A DNA stretch of 64,000 nt, taken from assembly GCA_964016885.1 (NCBI GenBank), contig OZ024743.1, positions 322,772,001-322,836,000 on the forward strand, in the 5' to 3' direction. A program made the position numbers and the translations under genes. The notes under the pieces are model-generated. The model worked only from the letters and a program-made list of their open reading frames with translations, was not told the DNA's origin and did not search any database. This stretch comes from Eledone cirrhosa (taxonomy: Eukaryota). Numbering within the stretch: position 1 is the stretch's first letter; each line of letters begins with the position of its first letter. Below, in pieces: positions 1 through 13,119 of the stretch.

Positions 1-249
1 CGTTAATCAGTTGAGGTTTTTTTAATTTTAAGTTGCGAAAGCTTTGCTTTCTTTTATGTAGAGAGAAATGTTAGAGTGGAAAACTTGTTTAATTTATTTT
101 CTCTATTACTTGTAAAGTATTAACTTTACCGTTCTCTCTATACCACAAAGGTGTTGTTTAACGATCGAATTCCTACTTTTTTATATATAATTTTTATTAC
201 ATTTATATTATCACCGTTTTACGCCACATATTATCAATTAATTATAGCT

Positions 250-560
250 GCGAACCTTATAAATATAATGCACAAAAATATACAATCAAAGCCAAAAAAC
301 TCCCTCAATTCAATATTAAGTCACACACCACAAATGACATCGTAAATTATTGAGGCAAGCCAACGAAGGTGGTGCCGAAACTAAGATGCTGAAACAACCA
401 AGCACCCTTACGTGCATCCTCTGACACCTCGGTAAGGTAAGCCGCTAACGATGACAAGAACTTCGCTGTCAGCGGCCCAACTTCATCAAACGTCTCGAAC
501 GCCACAGGCTGGAAGAAATGGTTTACCGATAAGTCCATAACGTTGTATTTGTATTTTGTA
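250..560 (-). mobile_element. CRE-clade (RLE) non-LTR retrotransposon, decayed 3' end
   Basis: ORF 347..574 reads FFQPVAFETFDEVGPLTAKFLSSLAAYLTEVSEDARKGAWLFQHLS, matching the CRE C-terminal pattern F.P.A.ET.G..GP...FL..L...L....GD.R...WL.QRLS. Confidence 0.75.
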
Positions 561-749
561 CTTTGAAAAGACAAAGTTCGAACGAAAATTTTCAGCTATT
601 TCACTAATATATTTCAAAGAACGATATACAATTTTAAATATAATTTGGGTTTTTTATTTATTGATTCTTCCTGGCTGTTCTGTTCTTATGTATATGTCTG
701 GACTGAGTGTTGATACTACACCCTTTCTATGTGCATGTGTTTGCATAAA

Positions 750-1010
750 TATTTTACATGAAAATATAGAATCAAAACGAAAGAAAATATTAAGTCAACA
801 CTAAGTAATGTAGCGAGGCTAAGGTGCTCGAATAACCAAGAACCCCCACAGGGCGATAGCTTCGTTGTCAGAGGCCCAGCTCCTCCAAACATCTGAAACA
901 CCGCAGTCTGGAAAAATAGTTTGCCGGTAATTGGCCACGGAAGCAGTGACCCTCACTTCATCCAGGATGTGGGAAGGCGGAAAAAAGAGTCACTGACTGT
1001 GGTGTCCTAA
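750..1010 (-). mobile_element. Second tandem CRE-clade 3' fragment
   Basis: FFQTAVFQMFGGAGPLTTKL...SWLFEHLSLA; the 3' flank (aaaatatagaatcaaa...atattaagtcaacac) is a diverged copy of 275-330. Confidence 0.65.
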
Positions 1011-1714
1011 ATGAAACATCTACCTGTGTCTTTGTGTATGTATGTGCGCTTACGTCCATGCATCTTCCTCTCTCTCTCTCTCACTCAGGAACAGTCATTT
1101 TTTTCTCTTCGTTATAATTTATGCAACGTTCCAGATAGAGTGATAATTTGTAGAATATAAATTATGGAGTTGAATTCCAATTGTCAAGATTTGCTCCCTT
1201 CCAAACCCTCTTTGGTGTCTCGTGATATGTAATCTTTATGCGTCCATCCCATGCCACACGGGTCAAGCTGCAAGCCCATTGCCAGCTTTTACGGCATGAA
1301 ATGGAGACTGCAATATATCTTTTAAACAGGCTCCTCTGCCGAAGGCCTGAACGAGTCCTTTGTTAACCCGTGCAAAGGTCGATGCGGTATGATTCTTTTT
1401 CTTACTTCTCACCATATTGGGGATCTTATTAGCGCCACTCACCAATCTGATACTTTCTCAAGCCCGTGAACACAGCTTTTTTTTAGAGGTGGCCATTACT
1501 TGTCTCTTCATATCAACATCACTGGGTTGTGAGTTTTCTTGAGAGCTACAGATGTCACTCATTGCTCCATCTCCCCTCCTAAACAACAATATCAGGTTGG
1601 TTTTGTTTTAACTTGGTTGCTTTCTTTACTTTTATATTCCACCAATATTCCAACAGCTTTCTTTATAGTGTTGTTTTTTTCTTTCTTACTCTGGAGTAAT
1701 GATACTTGATAGTC

Positions 1715-1960
1715 ACTCCAGGTAGAGCTGCTACTTTTCCAAATTCGAAGATCACAGCTCCGATACTTTGGGCATGGGGTTAGAATGTCTCAGGAAAGAA
1801 TTGTTGGACAGATTTTACAGGCAAAACCAACCGGCAGTAAACCCTGAGCAAGATGGTTGGATAACATCCATGAGCTTGGCAGGTCATGCTGGAAGGAGTG
1901 TTTGAGGACTGCCACCACGTCCTTCTCAGGAATAAATGGGCGAAGAAGGAAGAGAGGAGA
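1715..1960 (+). mobile_element. Expander/Rex3-like RTE LINE, 3' fragment
   Basis: QVELLLFQIRRSQLRYFGHGVRMSQERIVGQILQAKPTG-like remnant ending tcaggaataaatgggc plus a GAA-rich tail; same family as 29465, 43590 and 52170. Confidence 0.75.
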
Positions 1961-2631
1961 GTCAGGTTCTATTTTCAGGTTAACCATCAAGGTGTGTTGG
2001 TACATATCTTGCTGCTCCAGTAACAATAGATATAAAGCTGATAATGTATTCTAGGTCCTGGATTTTAAGGTTCTATATCAATGATCCATAGATGTTTTTT
2101 TCTCCTGTATTCTTATGGTGTTAGGTTCAGTTCCACTGCATGGTACCTTGGTCAAGGGTCTTCTTCTATAGTCTAGGATTGACTATTTGGTGTACAGACA
2201 GTGTGTAGAGTCCCATCGTGTGTGTGCGTGTATCTTTGTTTACATTTATTAATTTAATTGTTCTACAATTAGATTGATAAAATAAGTACCAGATTTGAAA
2301 AAATAAGTACTCGTGTTGTTATAATTGACTATATCCTTGGCAATGCTGTGCTCCTGCATGGTCCTAGTCTAATGACTGGAAGTAGTAAAAGAGGCTATTC
2401 TTCTCGTAACAGTGATGTCAAGCATGTAGCTGATTCACAACAAAGCAGGCTTTTCTGGTCCTAAACAAAAATATCAGGTTGGTTTTGTGTTAACTTGGTT
2501 GCTCTCTTTACTTATATATTCCTCCAATATTCCAATGGATTTTATAGTGTTGTTTTCTTTCTTTCTTACTCTATTCCAGATTTTTCTGTTTGCCAGCCAC
2601 ATCATGCCTCATGGTAATGTAGTATCTAGAG

Positions 2632-3112
2632 CAGGGAGTCTCAAACAAGCAGCCCCAGGATCACATGTGGCCTACAAACTACTTTCTATGGTCTGTAGCA
2701 GAACAATTTTCATGAATAATATTTTCCTTAAACTTGATAATTTTCCCCTTTCCCCTCCCATACTCTTGCAGTGTCAGTATTAAGCTTGACCTACCAACCT
2801 AATACAACAGACAATCAGCTTTAAGATCCAGTGGGGTCTGCCCATGTTTCTCCCCAGGGAATTTACCAAAAGTAAAAACAGAATTAAAGGAAATAAGAAA
2901 CAGAAAATTTGTATTAATTCCCACATCCCATTTATTGTATGAGCATTCATTTTCATGGGGGTGGGGGATAAATAAATAGCAATCTATCAGTTGTATTGCA
3001 TATTATCATTATTCCTAGTGGGAATCACCCCCTCGCCATCTCCCTTTTGGCCCACTGTCTCTCTCTCACAGAACGTAATAGCCCTTTTGAGTTGTTGAGT
3101 TTGAGACCCCTG
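2632..3112. mobile_element. hAT (Charlie-like) non-autonomous DNA transposon
   Basis: TIRs cagggagtctcaaac / gtttgagacccctg; 8-bp TSD atctagag (2624-2631) / atctagtg (3113-3120), matching the Charlie NTCTAGAN target. Confidence 0.85.
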
Positions 3113-3304
3113 ATCTAGTGGACATTCTCTTACTGATGGTAATGATGCGGCTAAGGTCTTCGGTTACGCTTTTATAAAACCTATATTCATTGTCAGTTGA
3201 TTCTTTCTATCTTTTATGTAAGATGTACTTCATGGAGATTTCTTGGTTCTAGATTATTCTCTCTTTGGTCTGTTATTCATTTCACGTACCCATGTACAGC
3301 GATG

Positions 3305-4900
3305 ATATCATCATCATCCTACATCCATTTTCCAATGCTTTCTTGGCTTGGGTGGGTCTTTTCTTGTAGTTTCCCTCCACTTGTCACATTCCTTCATCCC
3401 TCTGTGAAGTTCAGCCACCTGAGATCAACTTTTACCATCTCTGCCCAGGCTTTCCTTAGTCTTCCTCTACTGCAGCTTCCTTCCACTCAGATCTCTTAGC
3501 ACTTCTCCACCGAGTAATATAATCTTGTGTCCATACCAGTGCATTTGATTCCTTTTATATCCACTTTTTTCTCAACTCACCCATGCTTCACCATCATAGC
3601 ATGCTCACTTCATTTCCCTCCAGCTTTTGCATATCCTCTGCATTTGTTGCCCATGTCTCACTTCCATGCAACATTGCACTTTAGATGCATGCATCATACA
3701 ACTGGCTTTTCAGTCATAGAAAGAAACCTTTTGGTGTCAACAGAGGTAGTAGCTCTTTGAAATTTTCCAACTGTGTTCATATTCTAGCCACTATGCTTTT
3801 GAGGCAATCTCCTCCTATGCTAATTAGGTCCCCTAAGTAACAGAAGCTATCAACTTCCTGGGATTGGTGAAGGTTTATTTCACTGGGACTCTTACTACTT
3901 TCCATATACAAATTCTACCTTTTCTTTTAGCCTGCCTGTTATCCCACAACATTTCTTGTGTACCCATATTTTACATTGTGTGCATTGTATGAACTTCTTA
4001 CCTATTCCTTTTTTCTCCACATCAAGCACAATCACTTCTATGAAGGAATCAGAGACCTATCCTCTTTCCTACTTACCAAAATATTCTGAGCCCTTTTGAT
4101 TCTAATTTCTGTTTCTCTAGCTCTTCAACAAATTTGTCTAAAAGAACTAGGTCATCAGCATACAAAAGTTCCCATGAGCATCCAGTCTTAAACTTCTCTG
4201 TTATGACCTGAAAAACTCTAATAAACATGAGTGTGTCAGTTCTGTATGAGCAAGACATGGTCACCTGACCTGTCATTGCTCACAACAGGACAACTCGTCT
4301 AACCCATGCTAACATGGAAAAATGAATGTTAAATGGTGATGTCGATGATAAAGGCAGAGCCTTGATGAACACCTGAATTCCTTACTAAATTCATTTCCTA
4401 CTCTCACTTTACTAACAGAACCTCTGTACATGGATTGCACTGCTCTCCAAAGTTACTTATCTACACCCAGTTTCATTAAAGACCACCAGATAACATATTG
4501 TGTTATAATAATCTTTACCAAATCAACAGAAACTAGATATAGCAGCGTACACTAAGCTAGAACATCTCTTGTAATTTTCTCATTAACCCTTTTGCATTTA
4601 CATTACTCTATATTTACTATTATATTTTCACGGTAAAGGCTTTACCTCACATAATTATCTCACATAATCTCGAATCTATGAGATTTTGATATTATTTATT
4701 TTGAGAACAATACCTTAACATCAGCATGAGTAGCTGATTACAACTGGTTTAAACAGAAAGAGGTGAGAGAATTCTGGCTGGATATGGCTGGTTTAAATGC
4801 TAAAGAGTTAAAGGACCATCTGTTGTACTCATTCCTGACACAAATCAAAACTGCACCTCATCCAGTTTGACTCTTTCCTTAATTAATCAAAGCCATACCA
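3305..4900 (-). mobile_element. Decayed RTE LINE (RT, PHD and 3' end) with nested insertions
   Basis: QVITEKFKTGCSWELLYADDLVL; CTQCKIWVHKKC; tail (GAT)n at ~3305-3320; interrupted by an RTE-B tail fragment (4235-4350, +) and a piggyBac MITE. Confidence 0.8.
4587..4807. mobile_element. piggyBac-type MITE (family P1)
   Basis: TTAA TSD on both sides; termini cccttttgcattta ... taaatgctaaagag; copies at 35495, 54469 and 57663. Confidence 0.85.
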
Positions 4901-5216
4901 AATATGAAACATATGAATCAGATGAAGTCTCTCTGACATGTCTAGTCTTGGGCTGTGACAAATCGTCTAACCCATGCCAGTATGGAAAATGGATGTAAAA
5001 TGATGATTATGATATACATGTAAATTTACATGTCTATATACACATTTACGTAGTCTCACATATCTCTCTACACTATATGAATTTATCAATTTGATTTGGG
5101 GTTGGCTTACTAATTCGGTGTTATTTTTACAGCAAACCTACTCCGAATCGGTTCTCTATTTTCTATTCTTTGTTTGTGTTCGCCGTAATCCTGTTGTTTT
5201 ATATAATTCTGCAATT

Positions 5217-5292
5217 AACACCTGATAAAACCACCCGAGTCTTGCATCATGATCAGATGATGTAACTAGGCGATTGAAATATGTATAGTGTT
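5217..5292 (+). ncRNA. Degenerate type I hammerhead ribozyme in a Penelope-like remnant
   Basis: aacac-CTGATAA-[long stem II capped by ttgcatcat/atgatgtaa]-GAAA-tatgta-TA-gtgtt; stem I aacac/gtgtt is perfect; one core G>A change. Confidence 0.55.
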
Positions 5293-5365
5293 TCATGGAA
5301 TTCAAATTCTAAAGAAATTTTCCAGTCTGGCCTTCTGTTGTTTTTAATGTAAATATATATATATA

Positions 5366-5509
5366 TGAAAAATGATAAGAATGACTTTTCTGATCATTGT
5401 TATTATTTAATAATCAAATATTTTACCCTGTATAGGTGTAAACATTGTAAAATATTTGATCAATAAAAAAAATAACAACAATCAAAAAAATCATTCTTAT
5501 CATTTTCCA
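5366..5509. repeat. Fold-back inverted repeat (~145 bp)
   Basis: gaaaaatgataagaatga...atcaaatattttac / gtaaaatatttgat...tcattcttatcattttcc. Confidence 0.8.
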
Positions 5510-6108
5510 AACATATTTAACAGTAACAAGGATTTCTTTCATCTCTATTATTTTATACATATATTATCATCATTGCCACCTTTTTACCTCTGTGGTCCAT
5601 AATAACATGGGTTGGATGGGTTGTCACTGATGACAGATAAACATCCAGCTGTCTGGCATTCTCACTATTATTGAAATAGCTGGGATACGATCACAGCTTA
5701 TAAAAATATTTGTAACAAGACTCTTGTATATTTATTATATGTAAACATAATATATATACTTTCATATACACACTTATGATGAAAGACTCTATGTTGTGGA
5801 TGTATTTGTTTAGTTTCAGATAAAACCCAATCAAACATCTTATGATGGAAGACATTCCATCTGTGATCGTCTATTTTCCTCTTCCAGACATAAATTATCT
5901 AAGATCCATTATCCAATGGATCCTTCCGTTTTAGAGACTGTACAGTATCATTTTAGAGAGATTTGGCTGCTATTTCTATTAACAGCTATGTCTATTATGT
6001 TGAATGACTTCATTGACTCATATCATCATCGTCAACAACATTTAACATCCGCTTATCAAGGGTTGGACGGGTCTATATAGATCAAGTCAATACTAAAGCA
6101 GAACTGAC

Positions 6109-6273
6109 CTCCCAGACAGGCCGAGGTGTCCGCATTCTGCTTACATATGGCCATATGTTCTATCAAGTGCAGATGAGAAGTTGTCATGTCTTTTGACACA
6201 AACTGAAGGGTCTTCATATATTTTGTGTAATTGACTCCAATATTACTTAAACCCACAATTTCTGGATTCTTAT
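6109..6273 (-). CDS. Candidate internal exon of an unidentified minus-strand gene
   Basis: Acceptor tattttctag; donor gtcagt (an alternative gtaagc lies inside); 165 nt, only phase 1 is open: (D)KNPEIVGLSNIGVNYTKYMKTLQFVSKDMTTSHLHLIEHMAICKQNADTSACLG. Confidence 0.4.
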
Positions 6274-6770
6274 CTAGAAAATAAATAGTTTTATTTAAAA
6301 TATTAAAATAGAACTTAAAACCACTGGAGACTTAAAATATAACTAAATATAATTTATATGAATTTCTAAAATTAGACTTCTATTTTCATCTTCCCCCATT
6401 CAACACCCATATTATTGCATCTCATTTGACTGAAATAGTTTATAAGGAAGAATTTTTTTGACTGAAGAGAAAATACAATTATTTACCGATAGTGTGGGTG
6501 TGAGCAATTTACTCATGGGAAATATAATGCAACTTAGACTCAATACACATATTTCATACCACATCCATAGGAATGACTGTGGTTAAAAAGTTAACTTCAG
6601 TTTTGGATTGAGTCCCATCATTATAATCGTTTAATGTCCATTTTTCCAAGCTAGCATGGGTTATACGCATCACATGTCCATATCAACGCAATCTCCTCTC
6701 CTGCACACTGCATCTGATCCCTTTTTTGTCCAGGTTCTCTCTCAATTCATTTAACTTTGCCATAGCTTAG

Positions 6771-7105
6771 TGGAGGCACATAGCTTAGTGGTTAGAGCAT
6801 TGGGTTGTGAGTTCAATTCTCAGACTGGGTGATGTGTTGTTTCCTTGAGCAAGACACTTTATTTCACATTACTTCAGTTTACTCAGCTGTAGAAATGAGA
6901 TGATAGGGACTGGGATCCATATCATTCCACTGCAAAGTAGTCGTGGAGGTGCCACGGCAAAAAAGCACCCAGCACTCACTGTAAATGAGGTTGGTGTTAG
7001 GAAGGGCATCCAGCTGTAGAAATCAAGCCAGAATCAGTTCCCGTCCTACCCTTGCAAGCAGGGAAAAGCGGACGTAAAATGAAATGATGATGATGATAAT
7101 GATGA
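6771..7105 (+). mobile_element. tRNA-derived SINE family S1 (CORE-like body, RTE-derived 3' modules)
   Basis: A box tagcttagtgg, B box gagttcaattc, CORE-like ccttgagcaagacactt, 3' end cccttgcaagcagggaaaagcggacgtaaaat(gat)n nearly identical to the RTE-A end. Confidence 0.9.
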
Positions 7106-7288
7106 TTCATCTATCGAAACTTGTCAGCTTCATTTCTTTCCCATCTTTGCAGGTCCTCTGCACACACCGCCTAGGTCTCACTACTATGCATGGATGACTG
7201 AGGACAGACATGTGTTTTTTTTTGTTTTTTTTCCGTACCTTCCTCTTCTCACTCTATCTTTCTATTTCATCTTTTATTTCTCATTCTA

Positions 7289-7324
7289 TCTTCTGATGAA
7301 GGACTAGTGCCTGAAACATTAAGA
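7289..7324 (+). ncRNA. Minimal hammerhead ribozyme motif (Penelope-type)
   Basis: tctt-CTGATGA-agg(actagtg)cct-GAAAC-ATT-aaga: intact core, 3-bp stem II, 4-bp stem I. Confidence 0.55.
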
Positions 7325-7411
7325 CTCTTTTCCTATTATTTCAAACATTAAACTATTATATTTCTTCATTGTACTGTGTTGTTTGCTTTGTTATTTCCAT
7401 TGACGTTTTAA

Positions 7412-7583
<172 letters not shown>

Positions 7584-8829
7584 CATCATTCAACATCTGC
7601 TTTCCATGCTGAATAAATTCTCTTTAAAACAATTTTTGTTTCAATAAATGTCTTATTAAAATTATGGTGGTAGGGGGGCTGTGCCTAAAATATAGGAATA
7701 GATTTCAAGAGATTTAGAAAATTGTTAAGAATTCTATGAGAAAACGTTTGGGAATTATTGGTTTAAAGAATAAATAACTCAGATAACATCTAGTAAAATA
7801 ATAGTTAAACTGGCACTAAACATTTAATGTAGATAGTGTTTCTATGTCACCTTAACCCTTTTGATACCAACCCGCCTCTATTTCTATGAAAAAGTATCAC
7901 CCATTTTAAAGGCTTCCTATTTAAATTAAAATCTTCCAACATAATTTGATATAAAATGCTTTTGTTAAATTGTTACAAAGTACAAATATCATCTTAATAA
8001 TGAAATAATTAATAATTTTAGTTAATCTCTTTAAATTGTTCAAAAATTGATTCATTAGAAATTTTGTCAGGAATCAGATTCATGTTTCTATAGTTTGTGT
8101 AAGTCTTGAAATTAGAGCTATGTCAATAAAGGATATGTTTACAGTTTTTCAGTTTAATTTGACAAACAATAAACAAAATATAATTCTTGATGACTGTTGG
8201 GATTTCAGATATTTGATAGAATTCTATAGTCAAATATTTAAGCAACTAGGTTAATACCATAGTTACTTTAAATGTAAGGCAGTAAATTGGCAGAGTTGTT
8301 AAAGCAGAGAACAAAAAGCTGTGGTATCTGTTCCAGCTCACTGCTCTCTGAGGTTAAGATTGTCTTTGATCCTTTTAGAATTGATAAAATGAAGAACCAG
8401 TCACAGGAGAGAGATTAGCAGAATTATTAGAGCATTTGATGAAAAGCTTTGTGGTATTTTTTTCCTATTGATTGTATTTGATCAAATTCTGTTGTGGCCT
8501 ACTTATGTGGTAAACTAAATCCATTGCCCAGTTTAACACCAACACCTGACCCTTGGATATCTTCAGCAGAGTCCACTCAGTGGGAAACATCTCACACGAA
8601 GTCTTCAGTTTAAGGATACCTTCTTTTCTCCCACCAGTCTTTGAAGCCTTGAAAATGGGTACTGTCCCTTCCTCCCTGACTAAATACTAAAATTAAATAA
8701 CTAAAAAAATAAATAAATAAGAAAATCGTCCAAAATTTCAATTTGCCCTGCACTACAATTATATTTTTATCTTAAAAGGTTAAAGATTAAAATCTGTCCC
8801 AAGTGCAGAGCTTATCTCAGTTTTATTTG

Positions 8830-8955
8830 TATTAAGGGACTTGGAGTACAAGACAGGATGCCAGTCCATTGCAGGGTCAACCCCCAAGATGCTGTTGGTA
8901 CTCATTTTCAGCTGACTGGACTGGAGCAATATGAAAGTGTTTGCTCAACACAACA
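8830..8955 (-). mobile_element. SINE fragment with V-like domain (family S4)
   Basis: Reverse complement of 40410-40520 (ctccagtc..cagctgaaaatgagtacc...atggactggcatcctgtc). Confidence 0.65.
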
Positions 8956-9048
8956 TTCCACCAATTACATAACTCAAAACTCAAAACATTATGATAATAA
9001 ACCCTGCATCCTAACTACTTGGCTGTGTGCCTTCACTAACCAAATTAC

Positions 9049-9143
9049 CAGCTATTTTTCCAACTGAAGATGAGTCTGAGAAAGCCTCTATATGTTCCCT
9101 GGAACTGCTGGAAATAGCTGCCAAATTTCCCTTGAATCGCAAC
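9049..9143 (-). CDS. Candidate internal exon of the unidentified minus-strand gene
   Basis: Polypyrimidine tract ttttcttttttaaagattgcag; donor gtaatt; 95 nt, phase 2 to 1: (R)LRFKGNLAAISSSSREHIEAFSDSSSVGKIA(D); phase-compatible with 13063-13091 and 6109-6273. Confidence 0.35.
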
Positions 9144-10199
9144 CTGCAATCTTTAAAAAAGAAAACATATTAGGAAATGTTGTCCTAGTTACACTGTTTG
9201 AGAAAACATAGACCAGAACATCTTTGGTCATAGATCTGCTTTTCAGGGTTACTGACTTGCAGTTAAAGTACAAAATCCTGAAGATTTCAACTGACGATTT
9301 GTATTGCAAATGAGGCATGGACATATCTGGGTAACAATGGGATTGAATAATGATACAAAATAACAAAAATTACCATATGGGTGTAAGCTTGAGAGAATGG
9401 ACACCAAATGTTAACTAAACAAATAGGAAATTGTAGTTGTTATTTTAACTCCAGATCAATCCTGATCAAGCAAGACTTATGATCAAAGGCATTTCAGCTT
9501 TGACCACCCCCAATGTTTTACATTATCTGATGGCCTATCTTTATTTAAGACAGTATGGCGTGGTTTTCTGGAGGTTTGGTTGTTATTTCTAGTAGGTCAA
9601 AGAACCACTTAGAGGCTCTCTTGTTAGTTTGTAAACTCATAATGTCTTGTAACATTGACAAAGTTGGACCTGAGAGAATTTCTATTGAAAAATTCAAACA
9701 AGAGCTCAAGAAGGCTTCATATGTGTTGATATAGGTTTCTATACTCTGGTTTACTACTACTACTACTGCTGCTACTACTACTACTACTACTACTATCACT
9801 ACTACTACTACTACATATATTTACAGTACTGTACATCTACATAACTACATAATGTTTACACATACCAAATATACAGATAGCAACTACTGATAAAAGTTAG
9901 CTCACCAGAAGAATTTAACTATTTCCTGCTAAAACCTATGATAAGGCAGAGAGCAGCTACTGGCTATGTTAGAAGATCTGGTAATGTGACACTGTTGGCC
10001 AAAATTACCATTGCCCAACCTTTCGTTGGAGTCAACTGTAATAGGAGATGTGATATAAAAGTGGAAGATGGTAAAGTACATTGAAATATATTTTGTCAAG
10101 GCTTCTAAAATACTTCCACATCATTGTAGTTGTCCCACTATTTAGATGACTGCATAATATATTCACAATATGTACACACTGTGTACACAATATATAACT

Positions 10200-11848
10200 T
10201 TGATAGGTTTCAGCCAGTATTGGTCCAGGCCATGTCTAACTTGATAGCACCACCTGGTGAAGTCTTTCAAATCATGATTTGGCCACCATGACCCACACAA
10301 GTAGAGAGTTGTTTTCAGAGACATATCCAGGGGTAGGGGGTTTATCCAGAATTTCTTGGAAGAATTTGTCCAAAAACATTTTGAATTTTATAAGATCTGT
10401 TTCTGTTCTTATGTGTTTTGGTGTGATGTTAAAGAGAACAGGACCAGTTGAGGTGAAATAATTGTGCTGTAATGTTGTTATGAGATGTGAGGTGTATTTT
10501 GAAGATGATGCCAGCATCTGCTGCTGGAATATTTTCCACATCATGCAGTGGAATATTTTCCACATCACAGCAGCATTGGAGAGAGTAGAGTTTGAGCTTT
10601 TCTAGTTGACCCCAATAGTCAAGGCCTGTCATGCCATCTATCTTTTTTGTTATTGACCGTTGAGGTGCTTCAATTTTCATAAAACTTTGTTTTGTGTGGT
10701 TAGACCACAGTGGACAACAGTATTCAAGGTGGGATCAGGCAAAAGTAGAGAAGAGAAAGATAATAATGTAAATATCTCTCAACTGGAAAGTTCTAAGAAT
10801 CCAGGAACACATATAAGTAGCCCAGCATATGTTGTTATCAACAAATACTCCCAGGTCTCTGGTGTTGTTGGATGCCATGAAGGTTTAACCCGAGGGAAGG
10901 GAATATGATAGTTTCAGTGCATCATCTTTTCCAAAGTGGATTAGTTCAAATTTATCTTCATTCAGTGGCATATTGTTCTTTTCTGCCCATTAGATAACAG
11001 CCAGTCAGTCCGATTGAAGGTATATCTGGTCTCCCACACCATTGATGACCTTCTGGAGCTTAGAATCATCTGTGAAGATTCTTATGTTGCTGTGCTTGAT
11101 GACATCAATAATATCATTGATATAAATAATGAAGAGAAATGGCCTCAACACAGTGCCTTGTGGAATGCCTCTACTGACTTTGGCTGAGCTTGATTGTATT
11201 CCTTTGACCACACATGTTGGGCTCTGTTTGTCAAGAAATACTTGGTCCATTATAGTAAATTTCCAGTGACACCAATGCTGGAAAGTTTTTTTAACAGGAT
11301 GTGGTGATCAACCCTGTCAAAGGCCTTGCTGAAATCAAGGTATATGACATCAGTGTTGGAACCCTCTTCCAAAGCTCTTAAATGTCATGAAAGTGATCTA
11401 AGAGCTGCATTAGGCAGTCCCTTCCATTACGGAACTCATGTTGGCTGGTGAATTATTCATGATTTCATCACCTTCTCAAATACCTTAATATGAGAGGTAA
11501 GTGAGATCAAGCAGTAATTTACTGCAAGGGACTTGTTTCCCTTTTTGAAAACTGGGACAGAAAGTTTTCAGGGTTATAGCTAGTGTCCAGTGAGTTCCTC
11601 CATAGATTAGCAGCTAGACAAGATGCAAGTTGATGTTGACACACCTTCAGGACACTAGCAAGGAACCTATTGGAGCCTTCTGTTGAATTGTGTTTAATTT
11701 TGTTTATTGTTGCTAACTCATCACTAACTCATCAGGGGCACCAAACTTTATGTCAGATATAGTGTGTTGAGGATTAATATCACTGATACAGTCCAGATCA
11801 GCCATATCAGGATTGTTGAAAACTGAGCAATATTGTTTCTGCAGTATT
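10200..11848 (-). mobile_element. CR1-clade LINE, 5'-truncated and decayed RT/3' end
   Basis: DVIYLDFSKAFDR motif (~11310-11350); GIPQGTVLRPFLFIIYINDI...IRIFTDDSKL; IEAPQRSITKKIDGMTGLDYWGQLEKLKLYSLQ. Confidence 0.85.
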
Positions 11849-12105
11849 ACTTAGTTATTAATAAATATATCAATGAAATCAATATTGCATAGTTATCAAT
11901 CTATAAATATACCAATGTAATTAGTATTACATAGTTATCAATAAATATACCAAGGTAACCAGTATTACTTTCGGATCTCAAATAATGCCCACCCTTCTCC
12001 GCTTATCAATTTTTCAGATTTTTTCCAACCTTCACTGCTTATTAAATTTTGCTAATCTATCTCTTTTATGTGGTAACATTTCTGTGACAATTTATACATT
12101 GAATA

Positions 12106-12447
12106 TCATCATCATCATCACCATTTTACGTCCGCTTTTCCCTGCTTGCAAGGGTGGGACGGGAACTGATTCTGGCTTGATTTCTACAGCTGGATGCCCT
12201 TCCTAATACCAACCTCATTTACAGTGAGTACTGGGTACTTTTTTGCCGTGGCACCTCCACGACCACTTTGCAGTGGAATGATATGGACCCCAGTCCCTAT
12301 CATCTCATTTTTACAGCTGAGTAAACTGAAGCAATGTGAAATAAAGTGTCTTGCTCAAGGAAACAACACATCACCTGGTCTGAGAATTGAATTCACAACC
12401 TTTCGATTGCAAGGCCAATGCTCTAACCACTAAGCCATGTGCCTCCA
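12106..12447 (-). mobile_element. SINE family S1
   Basis: Full-length reverse-complement copy of the 6771/61917 element with a (CAT)n tail. Confidence 0.92.
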
Positions 12448-13062
12448 TTATACATGACAAAATAAGTACATTACTAGAAATCCCATACATTATAAAATAA
12501 ATAGGGTGGGTTGGAGTCTCAATATGTAAACTAAACGACTCATTCTGGTTTTTAAAAAAATAACAGAGACAACTAGAAAAATTGCCAATTTTCTGATAGA
12601 CCCTCCCCTTGCTTATTCCAACCCTATTATTTGGGACACGAAAGTACATGTTATCAATATATAGCAAGATAAATCAGTTTTTCATGGTTAACAATCAAGC
12701 AAGGTAAATAGTTTTGCATGGTTATCAATCCATAAATATACCATGGCAAATCAGCTTTATATATCTTCCTTCAGGGTAATTGCTGGCCCTGTGCCTAACG
12801 TAGAAACAATTATTTGCTCAATACAGATTCCTTGCTAACATATTTAGGTGGTGGTTATCCAAGTGTTTCTATTGATATTGATTGAGATGAACATTTGTAA
12901 TCATAAAATAAGTAAATTGCTAAAGCTAAAGATAGTAGATTAGTTTTGTCATTGCCAGTCAAGTATATCAATTAACACTGTAAATTAATTATTAATTTAT
13001 CTGATCTTGGGTCAGCTAACTAATTGAAAATTTTGTCTGAACTGCAATGTTTGAGAATACAC

Positions 13063-13091
13063 CTCGCCCCCTCTACAAGATCATCATAGAC
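13063..13091 (-). CDS. Candidate 29-nt exon of the unidentified minus-strand gene
   Basis: Acceptor attattttattgcag; donor gtgtat (weak); only open frame is VYDDLVEGA(R). Confidence 0.3.
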
Positions 13092-13119
13092 CTGCAATAA
13101 AATAATCTCTGTCTGTTGA

